Shown here piece by piece: positions 23,880 to 36,618 of a stretch of 64,000 bases of DNA (position 1 is the stretch's first letter; each line of letters opens with the position of its first letter). A program made the position numbers and the translations under genes. The stretch is from Marsupella aquatica (taxonomy: Eukaryota; Plantae; Marchantiophyta). The notes below the pieces were generated by a model. That model had not been told where the DNA came from. It did no database searches and saw only the letters and a list, made by a program, of their open reading frames with translations. Where the stretch lies: the NCBI GenBank assembly GCA_973895155.1, contig OZ316891.1, positions 5,241,708 to 5,305,707 on the forward strand. The letters run 5' to 3'.

Positions 23880-26800
23880 CTCCAGAAATACAGTAGAAAT
23901 TAGGACTAAGCGGAACATTTATGGGGTATAACTTGTTCTAACTTGAATGGCAGAGTTGGAGACCCAAAGTCATATATTTTGGTGGAGACCCAGCTTGTTA
24001 TGCAGATCAATGGCATCAAACTCTGTCATCTTTTTAACACAAATTTATTTTATGAGTTGCTTAAAAACTCTACTTTCCATTTCATTTATCAAGCCTTGTC
24101 TGCATTAATCCCAGTTATTCTTTCCAAATTGATTCCCCACATCAATGACCCAGATTGTTGCCAGTTGTGTTTGGGCCCAAGGGTGTTTTTAGATCTGGAG
24201 AGCACAAGCATGAGTGCTTCAATAAGCTGAAACACTTGTCTACATTTCAGAAAAAGACAACCATTAGCTGGTAAAAAGGCTGGATTTCTCTTGACTGGTA
24301 CTATACCTTGTTGCTGCTGGGAGGGCCTGGAGTGGTATTGCCGCCAGGTCCCCTCTCAACTTGTGTTAATTGTTGTGTCAGTATAAATAAATTGAAGGTA
24401 TTCCCACGCCCAAGTGCTTTTGCCTGGCAGAAGACAAAATGACGTGGGCGGGGTTTCCTTCTCTCAAAATAAAAATAAATTATTGACAAGTTCCTATGGA
24501 TTATACAGGGCACAAGGCAACTCACTGCAGAAACCAATATACAGGCTGTCCAGTGGGTTGCAAAAACATATAACCCAGATTCTCCACTCCCCACAATGTT
24601 GGATCACTAGATAATAGAATTTGCACCAACATCACAAAGCAAAACTTATTCTAAACATTGATTGAGGGCAAATTTCTGGTTATAGGGCATTCTTTGTGGG
24701 ACATAGTGTCCATAAACAGGGCAGTTAGCCCACGTTTGAGGGGATATTACGGCCCACAATTACCGTAAGCAGAACATTAACTTCCCAGTTAGCTTATGGT
24801 AAAACTTGAGTGAGTTTTGGAAAGAAACCAAAAAAACAAAATCCTTAAACTAAGGTCATACAAACAGTGTGTAAAGAGTGAAGAAGTTAAAAATGTCAGG
24901 GTTCTTTGCTGTACAAAATAATGCTGGCAAATTTCTATGTTGCGGCAATTACTATTTGTTTTATATGGTAAAGCTTTTGGGCTTAGTTTGAGTTAAGTTT
25001 GCCTAGATTGATCCCATCCGCCTCAAAAAAATTGCAAAAAGAATAGTCTTGAAGGATGGGAGGCCAAGGTCTTGCTCTCAACAATGGCAGCCTTTTGGCA
25101 GTTAGGCTAGTGTCTGCTCACAAGTAGCTTGTTAATTGTGAGCATATGGTCTGTGGTAGAGAGTTCTATAGAGGTGATTGCTTGCCTAGGTTCACCTGCA
25201 AGCCAGCCATGTCAATTTGGGGGAAGAGAGTTGGGGATTTCCTTTCCAGAGCGCACTTCCCATTTGTCCCCCTTTTCAGTCTCTAGGTTTGCATTTGTTA
25301 CGCTTGAGCAGGTCTCTCGTCACACATCATGTGGATATCTCACATGAAATCCTCTCACTTTACTCTGTTCAGTTCATGGAAGGCAACCCAATTTACAACG
25401 GCCTATAGTTCTTAAACAAAACTCTAGAACTCTTCCATGGGGACATTTTAAACACCCCATGTAAACCTTTTATGGGCACTATTTAAACAGCCCATTCTTG
25501 TTTTGCATCTGATGAATCACTTTGGTGTAAAGAGGACAAACAAATAAAAGATATTTCATTTTTCTAGCATAAATTTTTGTAAATCTTCCATGGGGACTAT
25601 TCGGAATCCCCTCAAATAGTTAGGTTTTTGCACTTGACCGAAAATTTTTACCCGTCCTTTAAGTTTGCATTTGTTACATGTGAGCAGTTTTCTCCAACAC
25701 CATCTCCTTGTATACTCCTCAAAGGTTTCCTGGGATGGGAACTGTGAAGAGAACAAGTTTATTGATCTCCTGCGATGAATGAGTAAGGGGAGGCGGGGCC
25801 CCCACATAAATACACGCCAGAGATACAGATGGATTTTAATCCATCAGGAGGTAGAACATAGATTACGGTGAAATGTGATACGTACAGGGCACGTCCCTAC
25901 TAATCATCAATGCAAGCAAGCTGATAACAAGCGTCCCTACTAATCATCAATGCAAGAAAGCGGATAACAAGCCGTAATATCCGGGGGAGTGGACACAGCA
26001 GAACAGCTTGATACAATCATACTTCTCACTTAGAAGCGCATGGTACTTTGCTATGAGTCATGAAGCAAAGTGACTGTCAACAAACTGATACTGAGAGTGA
26101 TTGATGGTGATGAGGGGAGAGAGATACAATCAATCAGCATTTGATGCCGTTGCACAGATCGACAAACAGCGACCGTTTTAAAGGCAGTCAGAGTGTACCC
26201 AGAGTCTTAACCTATCAAGTTCTGATCGAGGAATTAGAGAATGAAGTTCCACGGGTCTTGGTGATGAGGAATTCGGCGAGCTGGGAAAAGGCTGTCAAAA
26301 CTTGCGGTCAACCGATCGGGAGCGAAGAATTGATTGTGTGGTTGTTGTTTTGGCTGACCTGAGGGAGACAAGAAGCATAGAAGCAGAGATTTTGTTGTTG
26401 TTGTCGTGGCTGACCTGAGGGTAGCCCTTTCAGTGCAGGGTTTGGAATTCCTCACCCTCAGACAGGATTTGGGGTCGTTCAATTTGCTGGCTGCTGTATT
26501 TTCCTCAGCAGGAAGTATTTCTCTACACTGCCGTTTTACAACTCGTGGATCCCTGTTCCTGTGTGTGGATCGACAAATCTTGGGTAATAATTGTTTTTGG
26601 GAACGTATCACTAGCGATGGAAAGAAATCTGGAAAGTGCTCGGATAATGTCGGGAAGTGCAGTTTTGCCTGATCAGAGCTTTGCTTTATGGTCATTCCTC
26701 CTCTTACACAACTGCTTGGCTAGTATCCCGGCCTGCTAGTCCTCAGTCCAGTCGAAGAGAATTGTCAGGAAAAGGAGTTTTTTGCTGATGCAAAGGTCAG

Positions 26801-27569
26801 GAAAATGATTTCTATGTTGATGCAAGGGTTGACTGCATAACTGGTTACTGAATCTAGAGCTGCTCATTCTCAGCAGTACCATATCAATTGACTTCTGCTT
26901 AGTTGGGCTATTTGCACACGGTAACCAGTGGAGAGTCCTTCGGTTCCTTACAACAACGAGAGGACTTAATTCTCCAGCTTCGATCATGAAACCTACTAGC
27001 GAGCAGCAGCTTTATTTTATACTACCTCCAATGCGGAGGCAAGCTCATAAACTGGACAAGTCAATCCTCCAGAGGATCAATCAATCAATACCCAATCAGC
27101 ACTTTTCCCCGCCGAGGGAATAGATCCAAAGAAGCTCGAAGGAGTTCATCGCATCGGTTCCTGAAGTGAGCTCCATCCCAAGGACTGTAGAGAATAGGCC
27201 AGACTCGAGTGATGGCCAAATGGGGATCACCCCATCTGTTTCAACTAGCGAGATCTGCCCCTTTCACTATTGCTGGATTGACCCTCCCAATCCAATCCAA
27301 TCCGACGTAATTTCTCTCAAACCCATATCAATTTTTCTTCTATGTAATGCTCAGCATCGTAAAGGTTAAACAATAATATGATTCATGAAATAATGTAGCG
27401 GCAGTCCAAAACTTGAACCAAACGCCTCCGAGTGGACAGTCATGTGCGACAAGTGAGTCGGCTGTGGCGATTAGTAGATTCGACGAAGCGAAGATGGGGG
27501 GCACCTGACGGCTGATGGACGGGAGGGGGTCTGCGAATGGACAGCATAGAACTCTAGTACTGGTTGATT

Positions 27570-29910
27570 TCACGGGGAGGTGTTGTCTAGAGTACATTCA
27601 GGGTATTTCTCCAAGAGAGTGGCTCCGTAGCGATCAGTATCAGTGCAGTAATCATAGGTGATGTATTGGCTTCGCACCCACGCCAATTTCCTCCGCTCCA
27701 CCGAGTTCAGCTCATCGTGGCTGCTCCACCATGGCCCGCTGTACATTGGTGAGGTGCAGCCTGGAGCAACGCCCTTACCATCGTAAACACAACCGTTCAG
27801 CTTGAACTCCTTGAAGTGCGCAACGAAGGGGGAGTTGGTCCAGTTCACTTTATCGAGTCCACCGCGGGTGGCCCAGTCATCTCCGTTCCATATGCTTGAA
27901 AAGACCCACATTGGTCTCACCATGGGATAGAAGCTTCGTGATTCGCGAGAGTTCTTCAACGCGCGGATGGGGACCGAGTCCACGTAGAATCTGCAGCAGA
28001 ATGATCACATCCGCAAACGACTCATATCATCAGAATTGATCAAAAAGGATGACACTGTTCCATGACCAAAAGGCAATCGTGGGTCAATGGATTTACCAGT
28101 CTTTACCAACTCTAATGTCAATTCTGGATGTTGATCTAGCTTCAGATAGGCCACATTCACATCCAGCGAAATGATTGACGTGGGGTCCGGAGAGCTCGCC
28201 CAAAATTTGCATGAAGGAATGAGGTACTCAAAATTCGCATGAGAGGGAATGGACTCCGAACCGTAACTCACATTCAAATGACCTCGATCATTGACTGGAG
28301 AAGGAGAATCAAGGTTATCACAAGAAAGTGACCAAATAGAATTACTAGTATGTCACTGCAAGGACTACTCCACATCGAGTGAAAGAATGTATAGAGCAAC
28401 AGCGACTGGCCAGCCGGACACGGGCTAGTACTATGGAAATTCCACTTACACGACTTGATCATGATTCCAGAGCACAGTGTAAGTGTGGAATTTCTCAGTT
28501 GGGTCGAACCAGAGGGCAATTCTCTCCTCCCGTCCACCCTCTCCGTTCGCATAAATATTCGTTTGCAAGATGATAGGCTCCCCGGATTTGTTTCCAAGAA
28601 ACTCAAAGTCGAACTCGTCGTGATTCTCGGTCATTGAATGCATCTGCGCGGCAAAAACAAACCTCGCCTACTCAGTCAGCCGCAGCCCAGAGTACATCAT
28701 ATGACTGGAAAATGCGTGCACGCTACATACCACTCAGTTGGGTTACCACCCAATCTTGCCATACAGCCTCTTCACTTCTTGGGGCGCACTGTACTGATGT
28801 AAATATACGCGGACACTAAACAGCAGGGAGGAAGACGGAGGGCAGAACGGCAAAGGACAATGCAGAAACCTTCAGCTCTGTTTGCAAGAGATGGCAAAAG
28901 ACTTGGGTCATATATGCAACACGGTGATCTCTAATTAAAGAGTTGCTTCAGAGGACGACAAGAAACAGCCACAAGCGAATCGCAGCGCACCCATATATCA
29001 GTCTGCCTATACGGAAAACAAAATGCCGCCGCGCGTGTAATGAATTTTGACAATGTTGCATTACATTACTTACATAGAAGCAGACGACCACACCTGCGGA
29101 GTCACCGGGCACCAGTTTCACTTTCAAGCTGAGCTGGCCAAACAAGAATGGGTCTTTCGACTGGAATCCGGACCCTGAATCCATGACATGGAATTGAGCT
29201 GAACCTGTCAGTCTCGTGCATTTCCAGCAGTCGCTGAGTAATCGGAGCGCATTGATCGACCGACCTTCGACGATCGAGTTAATGTTTCTTTTCAATAATC
29301 ACATGGCATTCCCGTCAAGGTAGGAAATGTGCAACCGCGAGCAAACCCGCTTCTCGAATCAAAACCTACTTCAGCAAAGCTTCGAGCTGTGCCATCCAGA
29401 TAGGCTCCCATCAAGGAGTCTCTTGGGAAATTGCCAGTTCAGAAAAGATATTTTCCCACGGCATTAACGAGGCAATGTAGTGTCTTTGAATCGTCTCCCA
29501 GAAGAGACTCTCCACAACAAAATAATTCGGAACTAAAGGCACAGTTCAAGCAATATCAAAATGCAATTAATTTTATTAGCTTCAGACTCTTCACGATTGA
29601 AAGGCAGGCAACGTACTACTCAGGAAAAGGCAAAGTAGCGAAAGAGGAGAGGAGTGGAGACGTAAAACAGAGAAACGGTACCAGTCATCTCAGTCATAGC
29701 GAGGCTGACAGCACGGCCATTGAAGGTCCGTTGAATTTGGGTTTCCGAGCCATACAAAACGTTGAATGAATTATCAAACAAAAGCGGCTCCAGAATCCTA
29801 GACGTCGTCAGTGCTTGCGCAGCAGCAGCCACCATCACCAGAAAAGCAGTAACCAAGACTGTCGCCCAACTTGCCATTCTTCCTTGCCTGCAGCTCATTC
29901 CCACAACCAT
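27570..29910 (-). CDS. XTH: Xyloglucan endotransglucosylase/hydrolase (GH16), 314 aa; exons 29910-29682, 29174-29074, 28643-28450, 27990-27570
   Basis: Signal peptide; GSGFQSK..LFG; catalytic [11 protein letters not shown]; [13 protein letters not shown]; C-terminal YDYCTD; exon 2 is 101 nt and exon 3 is 194 nt, the usual XTH sizes; all introns GT-AG. Confidence 0.96.
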
Positions 29911-30151
29911 CGTTCTTTCTACCCCTCAGGACCCACTGCTCTTTAACAAACAAGCGCAGCAGCCACAGAGACGTACCGCTCCCTCCCTCCCTCCCTTCGT
30001 CGTCGTCAGCTACAGTACTATTGTTCAGTTACAATATTCGAGCTTTTAGAGAGTCAGGTCGAGGAGAACTCCTTCCCTGGCCTATCTCCGTCTATTATGC
30101 TTTTGTTGGAAAACGATTTAGACCCGTCGTCCATTGAAGGTAGCTCAAGTC

Positions 30152-30154
<3 letters not shown>

Positions 30155-30186
<32 letters not shown>
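30155..30186. repeat. (AG)16 microsatellite in the XTH 5' region
   Basis: Direct reading. Confidence 0.95.
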
Positions 30187-30189
<3 letters not shown>

Positions 30190-30856
30190 GCGGAGGATTG
30201 AGGCAGACTGGGCCGTGCTGCTCCTCTTCCTCTTTGCATGCACCTAGTGCTTCGTCTTCACGAGACTCTCGGAAGATTGGAGGAACGATTGAGTGAACAG
30301 GCACAGACTGCACTTTTGCGTGCAGCGCAGCTGGACTGCGGCTGGGTCCCGGAAGTAAACTGCCCACACAATCTATACGACCAATCTCACAGTCTAATGC
30401 AGCAATTTCTCCAATCTGATCACTCCTCTCCTCTCCTCTCCTCTGTCTCCTCTCCTCTTGTCTCTCGCCTCGTCGCCAGCTGCAATCGATGGGCAAGCCA
30501 GCGAAACCAGCCGAGCCCGGCAATGAACGTCAGCCAGCGTGAAGAGCGAAGAAACCTGCCTCGCTTGTGGACCCAGCCAATGTTGCGTCTGAGTATTTGC
30601 ACATCAAAATGTGATAATATACATGTATTGTGCCACTCCGTATCAGCATGTTGGACAGGTGATAATAGTACAGTAAGTGTACTAGCCACATACCCCTTCC
30701 TTGAGGGGTCAACATGTTGTACAAGTGATAATAGTAAGTGTACTAGCCTCATAGTTACCCCTTCCCTGAGGGGTCTGAGTAACTAACTGCACATCAAAAT
30801 ATAACATCCAAGGTGTACTACATTATTCCATACCATTACATGATAAATATCATTAT

Positions 30857-31005
30857 TGTTGTAACCCGAGTTAACTCTAGCCTAACTAAGGTTAGACCTA
30901 CCACAGTTGGTTAAGACTAACCGCCTAACTACCCTACCTGCCTAAGGGACTATATGTATTGGAAGAGGAATGAATAAAGGAGTTAGTTGTTGATGAGCTA
31001 CAACA
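30857..31005 (+). repeat. 5' LTR (149 bp)
   Basis: Identical by eye to 36470-36618. Confidence 0.97.
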
Positions 31006-31320
31006 CGTTATCAGCACGATGTCTGCAACGAGAATTTTTTTTCAAACAAGCTTCAGAGGGACATTCATGCCAAGGCGATTGATTCAGCACCATAGAAACT
31101 AATTTTTCGGGCAGTAGATCGATCGGGAGTGGTATAATTTGACCACGATTCCACGGATTGGGATTTGAGGGGGCTGACAATAGAAGAAGCGGAGGCAGAC
31201 CCAGGAATTCAACTTGAGAGACAACGACTCAAGAAGGGACATAGCCCCACATCATCACTCAGTCAAGTGCGAACGGATATATTGTTATTATCACAGGATC
31301 AATTGACCAATTGATAGAAG

Positions 31321-34300
31321 ATGGCTGTACCCACTAACTCCATCGAGAAACTCCTATTTCAACCTCTGAGTATAGACGGCGCAAATTACCTATCCTGGAC
31401 TCTAGATATTGAGGCCCACCTCGCAGCAAAAGAACTCCAAGACACGATCATTACAGATGCGGGAACTACTCTCCCACAAAAGGCGAAGGCCTTAATACTA
31501 ATTCGGCACCATCTATGCGAGCCATTGAAGAAACAATACATGAACGAATTCAATCCCCGGCTACTATGGGATGACCTACAATCCCGTTTCGATCACATTC
31601 GAACTATCTACCTACCCGCAGCTCGCCACGACTGGATCAATCTGCGCGTCCAAGACTACAAGACGGTCGCAGATTATAACAGTGAGCTATTCAGGATCAT
31701 CGCACAACTGGCCATCTGCGGCCAACCAATAAACGATGCAGAGCAGATCGAAAAAACACTGTCAACTCTTCATTCTTCAAACCTTATCCTCTCTACACAA
31801 TACAGGAATATGGCCTTTACCAAATACTCCGAACTAATTGCGCATATGCTGCTGGCTGAAAAGCACCAGCTCCTACTACTACAAAATTCGCAGAAACGCC
31901 CACCGGGGACCCTCCCGTCCACATCAGCTCCCGAGACCAACTACGCCACACCACAGAGGGGAGAATCAAGAAACTATCGAGGCCGCGCAGGCACCAGGGG
32001 ACGCAGCCCGAATAGGGGTCGAAGCAATAACTTTCAACGAGGCGGCAGAGGGAATTTCCACCGAGGACGCGGCCAAGGCAGATCGAGATACAACGGCAGG
32101 AGCTCGTGGAACACCTGGACGAGAGAGAACAATAATCAGAATCGCACGAAGTTCAACGAGGACCAGCACAACCAACGAGATATGACCACCAACCCCCCTC
32201 TCTGTTTTCGCTGTGGAACTAAAGGGCACATTCAGAAACACTGCAGAGCACCTTCACATCTAGTAGCCCTTTATAAGAAAAGCATGAACACAAACGCACC
32301 TGAAACATATGGCACTTTCATGGACTCCGCTGAGATCCTTCCCGAGATCAACATGATTATAAGGAACCACACAAAGAACCCAAACAATCCTCACTCATGT
32401 ATAGTCGATAGTGGGACCTCACATTCAATTCTGAAAAATAAGGAATACTTTACCCACATAACCCCATCACAGCGAAAGGTCACCACCATAATGGGCCAAC
32501 ATCAGTTAGAGGAGGGCTACGGACCTGCAACCGTCACATTACCACAAGGCACAGTGATAAAGATACACTCTGCCATATACGCACCCAAAGCCACCAGGAA
32601 CCTCCTAAGTGTTGGAGACATAAGAGCCAATGATCTGCATATCCAAACTGGGACTTCCAACAAACTCGAAGTCCTACATATCACATCCAAGACTCCACAG
32701 AACAATGGGATCCTGGAAACACTAAAAGCCCATCACCCCGGCTTTTATACTACCAACATACACAGCTTCCATACCGAGCCAGAGAATCAAAAGCCACAAA
32801 ACCCCATCACAGAGATCTGGCACAGGAGACTTGGCCACCCGGGCCTTAACATGTTCCAGAGAATCGTTAAACAGACCAAGGGCATACCGCCTACAGTACA
32901 CCCCACATCTATGCTCGGACCATGCCTTGCCTGTTCACAAGGTAAACTGATAATAAGGCCCTCACCAACCCCACCTGGAACCAGAATCCCCAACTTTCTG
33001 GAACGGATCCACGCAGATGTATGTGGACCGATCGACCCCCCTAGTGGCCCATTCCGCTTTTACCTAGCAGTAATAGATGCCTCAACTAAATGGTCCCAAA
33101 TCTCACTCCTATCCACAAGAAATCTAGTTTTCCCTCGCTTACTGGCTCACATCTTGAAACTAAGAGCACAATTCCCGGATAACCAGATCCAGACAATCAG
33201 AGTGGACAATGCAGGGGAATTTACCTCCAAAACCTTTGAAGACTTTTGCACTGCTACAGGCATAGACGTACAGTACCCCGTCCCCCACGTCCACTTCCAA
33301 AACGGGACAGCGGAATCGTTGATAAAACGCCTCCAAATAATTGCCAGACCAATACTGATGCAGAGCAACCTCCCCACAACCGCATGGGGACATGCCATCC
33401 TACACTCTGCCACAATACTCAGTTACAGACCGTCAGCATACAACTCAAGCTCACCACACACTCTGGCACTCGGCACCATCCCCAACATAACTCACCTTCG
33501 AACCTTTGGCTGCCAAGTAATGGTACCAATACTGGGCCCCAAACGAACCAAAATGGGCCCTCAGCGGCAAGCAGGAATATACATTGGATGTGATTCCACA
33601 TCCATCATTCGATACCTGGAACCCACCACAGCCGACGTTTTTAAGGCCCGATTCAGCGACTGCCACTTCTATGAAACTACATTTCCAAAACTACAAACAA
33701 GACAGGAAACAGATAGCGACAAATCTCTCACCTGGCAAATCCAATCTGCATTTTGGCAGGATCCTCGAACTAGCCAATCTGACACGGAAGTTAAAAGAAT
33801 ACTCCACCTCACAAACCTGATAGAACACCTACCAGACTCTTTTGCAGATGCCGCAAAAATAACCCGATCACACATACCGGCAGCAAACACACCTTCGCGC
33901 ATACAGATGGACATCCAACCGGCAACTGTAACCTCACCACGAGCAAAGCGGGGACGCCCCCTAGGAGCTACAGACAAACAACCCAGACAAAGGAAAGCAG
34001 CACCTCCAAGAGCTCCATCACCACATTCAGAACTGCCAACCCCTCAGACCACCACACCAGAAGATAACGACGAGATCGCTATCAATTATGGAAGCACAGG
34101 GCACATATGGGACAGAACACACACAACAATAGATGATAAATTCGCGTTCCATATATCCCAACAAATAGACGAAGACTCACATGATCCAAAGACAATCCGG
34201 GAAGCACAAACCCACTCAGACTGGCCCGAGTGGGAAAAAGCAATTAACCTAGAACTAGACTCCCTTATATCTCGCCATGTCTTCGGCCCCATCACTCCAG

Positions 34301-35931
34301 CAGCACCAGGCATTCACCTCACAGGCTGCAGATGGACCTTTGTGAAGAAACGGAATGCACAGGGGGAAGTAGTCAGACATAAGGCCCGACTAGTAGCAAA
34401 GGGCTTTACCCAAATCCCGGGCCGTGACTACGACCTCACGTACTCCCCAGTGATGGACGCCATCACTTACCGCTACCTAATCACCTTTTCACAGTACCAC
34501 AACTTATCCATGCACCAACTGGACATAGTGACGGCATACTTATATGGGCACCTGGACACAGTTATACACATGGAAGCACCACCCGAGTTGATACAACGTG
34601 TGGAACACCACTGCCAGGGGGAGCAGACACCCATGAGACTAGATCACACTGAGAAAAGCAAATTCGATCACACCAATGAGGCAGTACTACATACAATAGC
34701 CAAATCAATTGCACTAAAAGCTTCTTCAAAGCAAATGCTCACCAAGCAAACTCGTTTTGCAGTGCAAGTCCTTCGCTCCATGTATGGCCTGAAACAGAGC
34801 GGCCTAACTTGGTATAAGAGATTTAAATCTGAAATGTTAACCATGGGATTTAAAAATTCAGATATCACACCTTGCATATTCCTCAAGCAGGAAGGACGTG
34901 AAGTTATAATCATTGCAATATATGTGGATGACCTGAACTTATTCGGGACCAGCCGAATCATGCTGGAAACTATCCAATTACTGAAAAAGGCATTTGAGGT
35001 GCGAGACTTGGGACAGACTACTTTCTGCCTCGGCCTACAATTCGAACATCTGCCAAATGGAATCCTACTGCACCAATCTACTTATACAAGAAAAATACTG
35101 AAGCAATTCAATATGCATCAGTCCAAACCAGTCAAATCCCCAATGGACATTCGCTCATTGGATATGGACAAGGACATTTTCCGGAAGAGGAACGAGAACG
35201 AGCCACTACTTGGCTCAGACAAACCATACCTATCTGCAATAGGGGTCCTGATGTTCCTCGCTAACCAGACAAGACCCGATCTGGCATTCTCAGTGAACCT
35301 ACTGGCACGCCATAGCGCAACGCCAACCATAAGACACTGGAACGACATTAAAAGAATCTTCAGATACTTAAGAGGCACGACAGACCTCGGCTTATTCTAC
35401 CCCAAGCATGATACTTACTTACTTACCGGGTACGCGGATGCAGGATACCTGTCGGACCCCGCAGATGCGAAATCACAGACAGGGTATGTGTTCCTGATGG
35501 GCAATACGGCCATCTCATGGAGGAGCAACAAGCAAACATTGACCACAACCTCGTCAAACCACTCCGAAATAATCGCATTATACGAGGCGAGCCGGGAATG
35601 CATATGGCTACGCAATGTGATCAACCACATACACGAAAACACAGGCATACCGAGATTGACCACACCCACACAACTCTATGAAGACAATAGACCGTGTGTC
35701 GATCAAATCCAAGCAGGGTTCATCAAGGGAGACAGAACGAAACACATTGCACCTAAGTTTTTCTTTACTCACGAGCAGCAGAACAAAAGCATCGCAGTTC
35801 AGTGGATCTCTAGCGAATCCAACTCTGCAGACATGTTTACGAAAGCACTCCCACCGAATCTACACAACCGGCATACACACTCGATAGGGATGCGAAGCCT
35901 ATCTCAACTGCAGACCGGATCGAATCAATAA
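31321..35931 (+). CDS. Copia Gag-Pol polyprotein (gag, protease, integrase, RT, RNase H), 1536 aa
   Basis: Gag LSIDGANYLSWTLDIEAHL; CCHC knuckle CFRCGTKGHIQKHC; protease IVDSGTSH; WHRRLGH..CLAC; integrase IHADVCGP / RVDNAGEF; RT YGLKQSG and YVDDL; RNase H YADAGY / YEDN; copia domain order. Confidence 0.97.
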   Translation: MAVPTNSIEKLLFQPLSIDGANYLSWTLDIEAHLAAKELQDTIITDAGTTLPQKAKALILIRHHLCEPLKKQYMNEFNPRLLWDDLQSRFDHIRTIYLPAARHDWINLRVQDYKTVADYNSELFRIIAQLAICGQPINDAEQIEKTLSTLHSSNLILSTQYRNMAFTKYSELIAHMLLAEKHQLLLLQNSQKRPPGTLPSTSAPETNYATPQRGESRNYRGRAGTRGRSPNRGRSNNFQRGGRGNFHRGRGQGRSRYNGRSSWNTWTRENNNQNRTKFNEDQHNQRDMTTNPPLCFRCGTKGHIQKHCRAPSHLVALYKKSMNTNAPETYGTFMDSAEILPEINMIIRNHTKNPNNPHSCIVDSGTSHSILKNKEYFTHITPSQRKVTTIMGQHQLEEGYGPATVTLPQGTVIKIHSAIYAPKATRNLLSVGDIRANDLHIQTGTSNKLEVLHITSKTPQNNGILETLKAHHPGFYTTNIHSFHTEPENQKPQNPITEIWHRRLGHPGLNMFQRIVKQTKGIPPTVHPTSMLGPCLACSQGKLIIRPSPTPPGTRIPNFLERIHADVCGPIDPPSGPFRFYLAVIDASTKWSQISLLSTRNLVFPRLLAHILKLRAQFPDNQIQTIRVDNAGEFTSKTFEDFCTATGIDVQYPVPHVHFQNGTAESLIKRLQIIARPILMQSNLPTTAWGHAILHSATILSYRPSAYNSSSPHTLALGTIPNITHLRTFGCQVMVPILGPKRTKMGPQRQAGIYIGCDSTSIIRYLEPTTADVFKARFSDCHFYETTFPKLQTRQETDSDKSLTWQIQSAFWQDPRTSQSDTEVKRILHLTNLIEHLPDSFADAAKITRSHIPAANTPSRIQMDIQPATVTSPRAKRGRPLGATDKQPRQRKAAPPRAPSPHSELPTPQTTTPEDNDEIAINYGSTGHIWDRTHTTIDDKFAFHISQQIDEDSHDPKTIREAQTHSDWPEWEKAINLELDSLISRHVFGPITPAAPGIHLTGCRWTFVKKRNAQGEVVRHKARLVAKGFTQIPGRDYDLTYSPVMDAITYRYLITFSQYHNLSMHQLDIVTAYLYGHLDTVIHMEAPPELIQRVEHHCQGEQTPMRLDHTEKSKFDHTNEAVLHTIAKSIALKASSKQMLTKQTRFAVQVLRSMYGLKQSGLTWYKRFKSEMLTMGFKNSDITPCIFLKQEGREVIIIAIYVDDLNLFGTSRIMLETIQLLKKAFEVRDLGQTTFCLGLQFEHLPNGILLHQSTYTRKILKQFNMHQSKPVKSPMDIRSLDMDKDIFRKRNENEPLLGSDKPYLSAIGVLMFLANQTRPDLAFSVNLLARHSATPTIRHWNDIKRIFRYLRGTTDLGLFYPKHDTYLLTGYADAGYLSDPADAKSQTGYVFLMGNTAISWRSNKQTLTTTSSNHSEIIALYEASRECIWLRNVINHIHENTGIPRLTTPTQLYEDNRPCVDQIQAGFIKGDRTKHIAPKFFFTHEQQNKSIAVQWISSESNSADMFTKALPPNLHNRHTHSIGMRSLSQLQTGSNQ

Positions 35932-36469
35932 ACTCGAGACACAATGATCGGAATGCAGACACGACATCACAGGTACGCCAGGTCACAAAGAATCACTCGG
36001 TGAAGCACTTAGAACATGGAGGAGCCGCAACAACGAACCTGGGAGAAACAAGAACCAACATCGATTCGACCATCGACAGTGAGAAGCTCAACTGGCAACC
36101 TTCAGGGGGAGATTCGCCCGACCTCCATCTCCGAATCCACTTACAACGTGAAGCAATCGAAAGCGAATCTTCCCCCACTCGAACCGAAGAGCTCCCTACT
36201 CACAAACGAAACAATCGACCACACAATCCGCAAATACATTAGGGCGTTTACACTTCATTCCTATTACCTACACTAGACTTTACAAGTAATTTACCACTAA
36301 CACAACACAATTACACTTACGAATTACATTTTTAAGAAGGAATGGTAACACTCTTTCCCCCCACAAGAAAGGAGGGGGGGTTTTAATGAGGTTACATTCC
36401 CACCACCTAGAGTAAACTAAATGTGGGTGCAACATTCCTTCCCAAGACCATGTTACACCCAAGGGGGAG

Positions 36470-36618
36470 TGTTGTAACCCGAGTTAACTCTAGCCTAACT
36501 AAGGTTAGACCTACCACAGTTGGTTAAGACTAACCGCCTAACTACCCTACCTGCCTAAGGGACTATATGTATTGGAAGAGGAATGAATAAAGGAGTTAGT
36601 TGTTGATGAGCTACAACA
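36470..36618 (+). repeat. 3' LTR (149 bp)
   Basis: Identical by eye to 30857-31005; preceded by the PPT. Confidence 0.97.

Larger units (their letters stand above)
30857..36618 (+). mobile_element. Intact Ty1/copia LTR retrotransposon, Bianca-like lineage
   Basis: Identical 149-bp LTRs (30857-31005, 36470-36618; TGTTGTA...TACAACA); TSD ATTAT (30852-30856, 36619-36623); PBS CGTTATCAGCACGA 31006-31019; PPT AAGGGGGAG 36461-36469. Confidence 0.97.

Noticed and set aside
23940-27330. ORFs of 80-153 aa that might belong to a gene or transposase
   Set aside because: No recognisable motif or consistent splice structure, and many stops; left unannotated
31838-36276. Alternative-frame and antisense ORFs within the copia element, including 36000-36276 after pol
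   Set aside because: Shadow ORFs of gag-pol or short non-ATG frames; no env-like features
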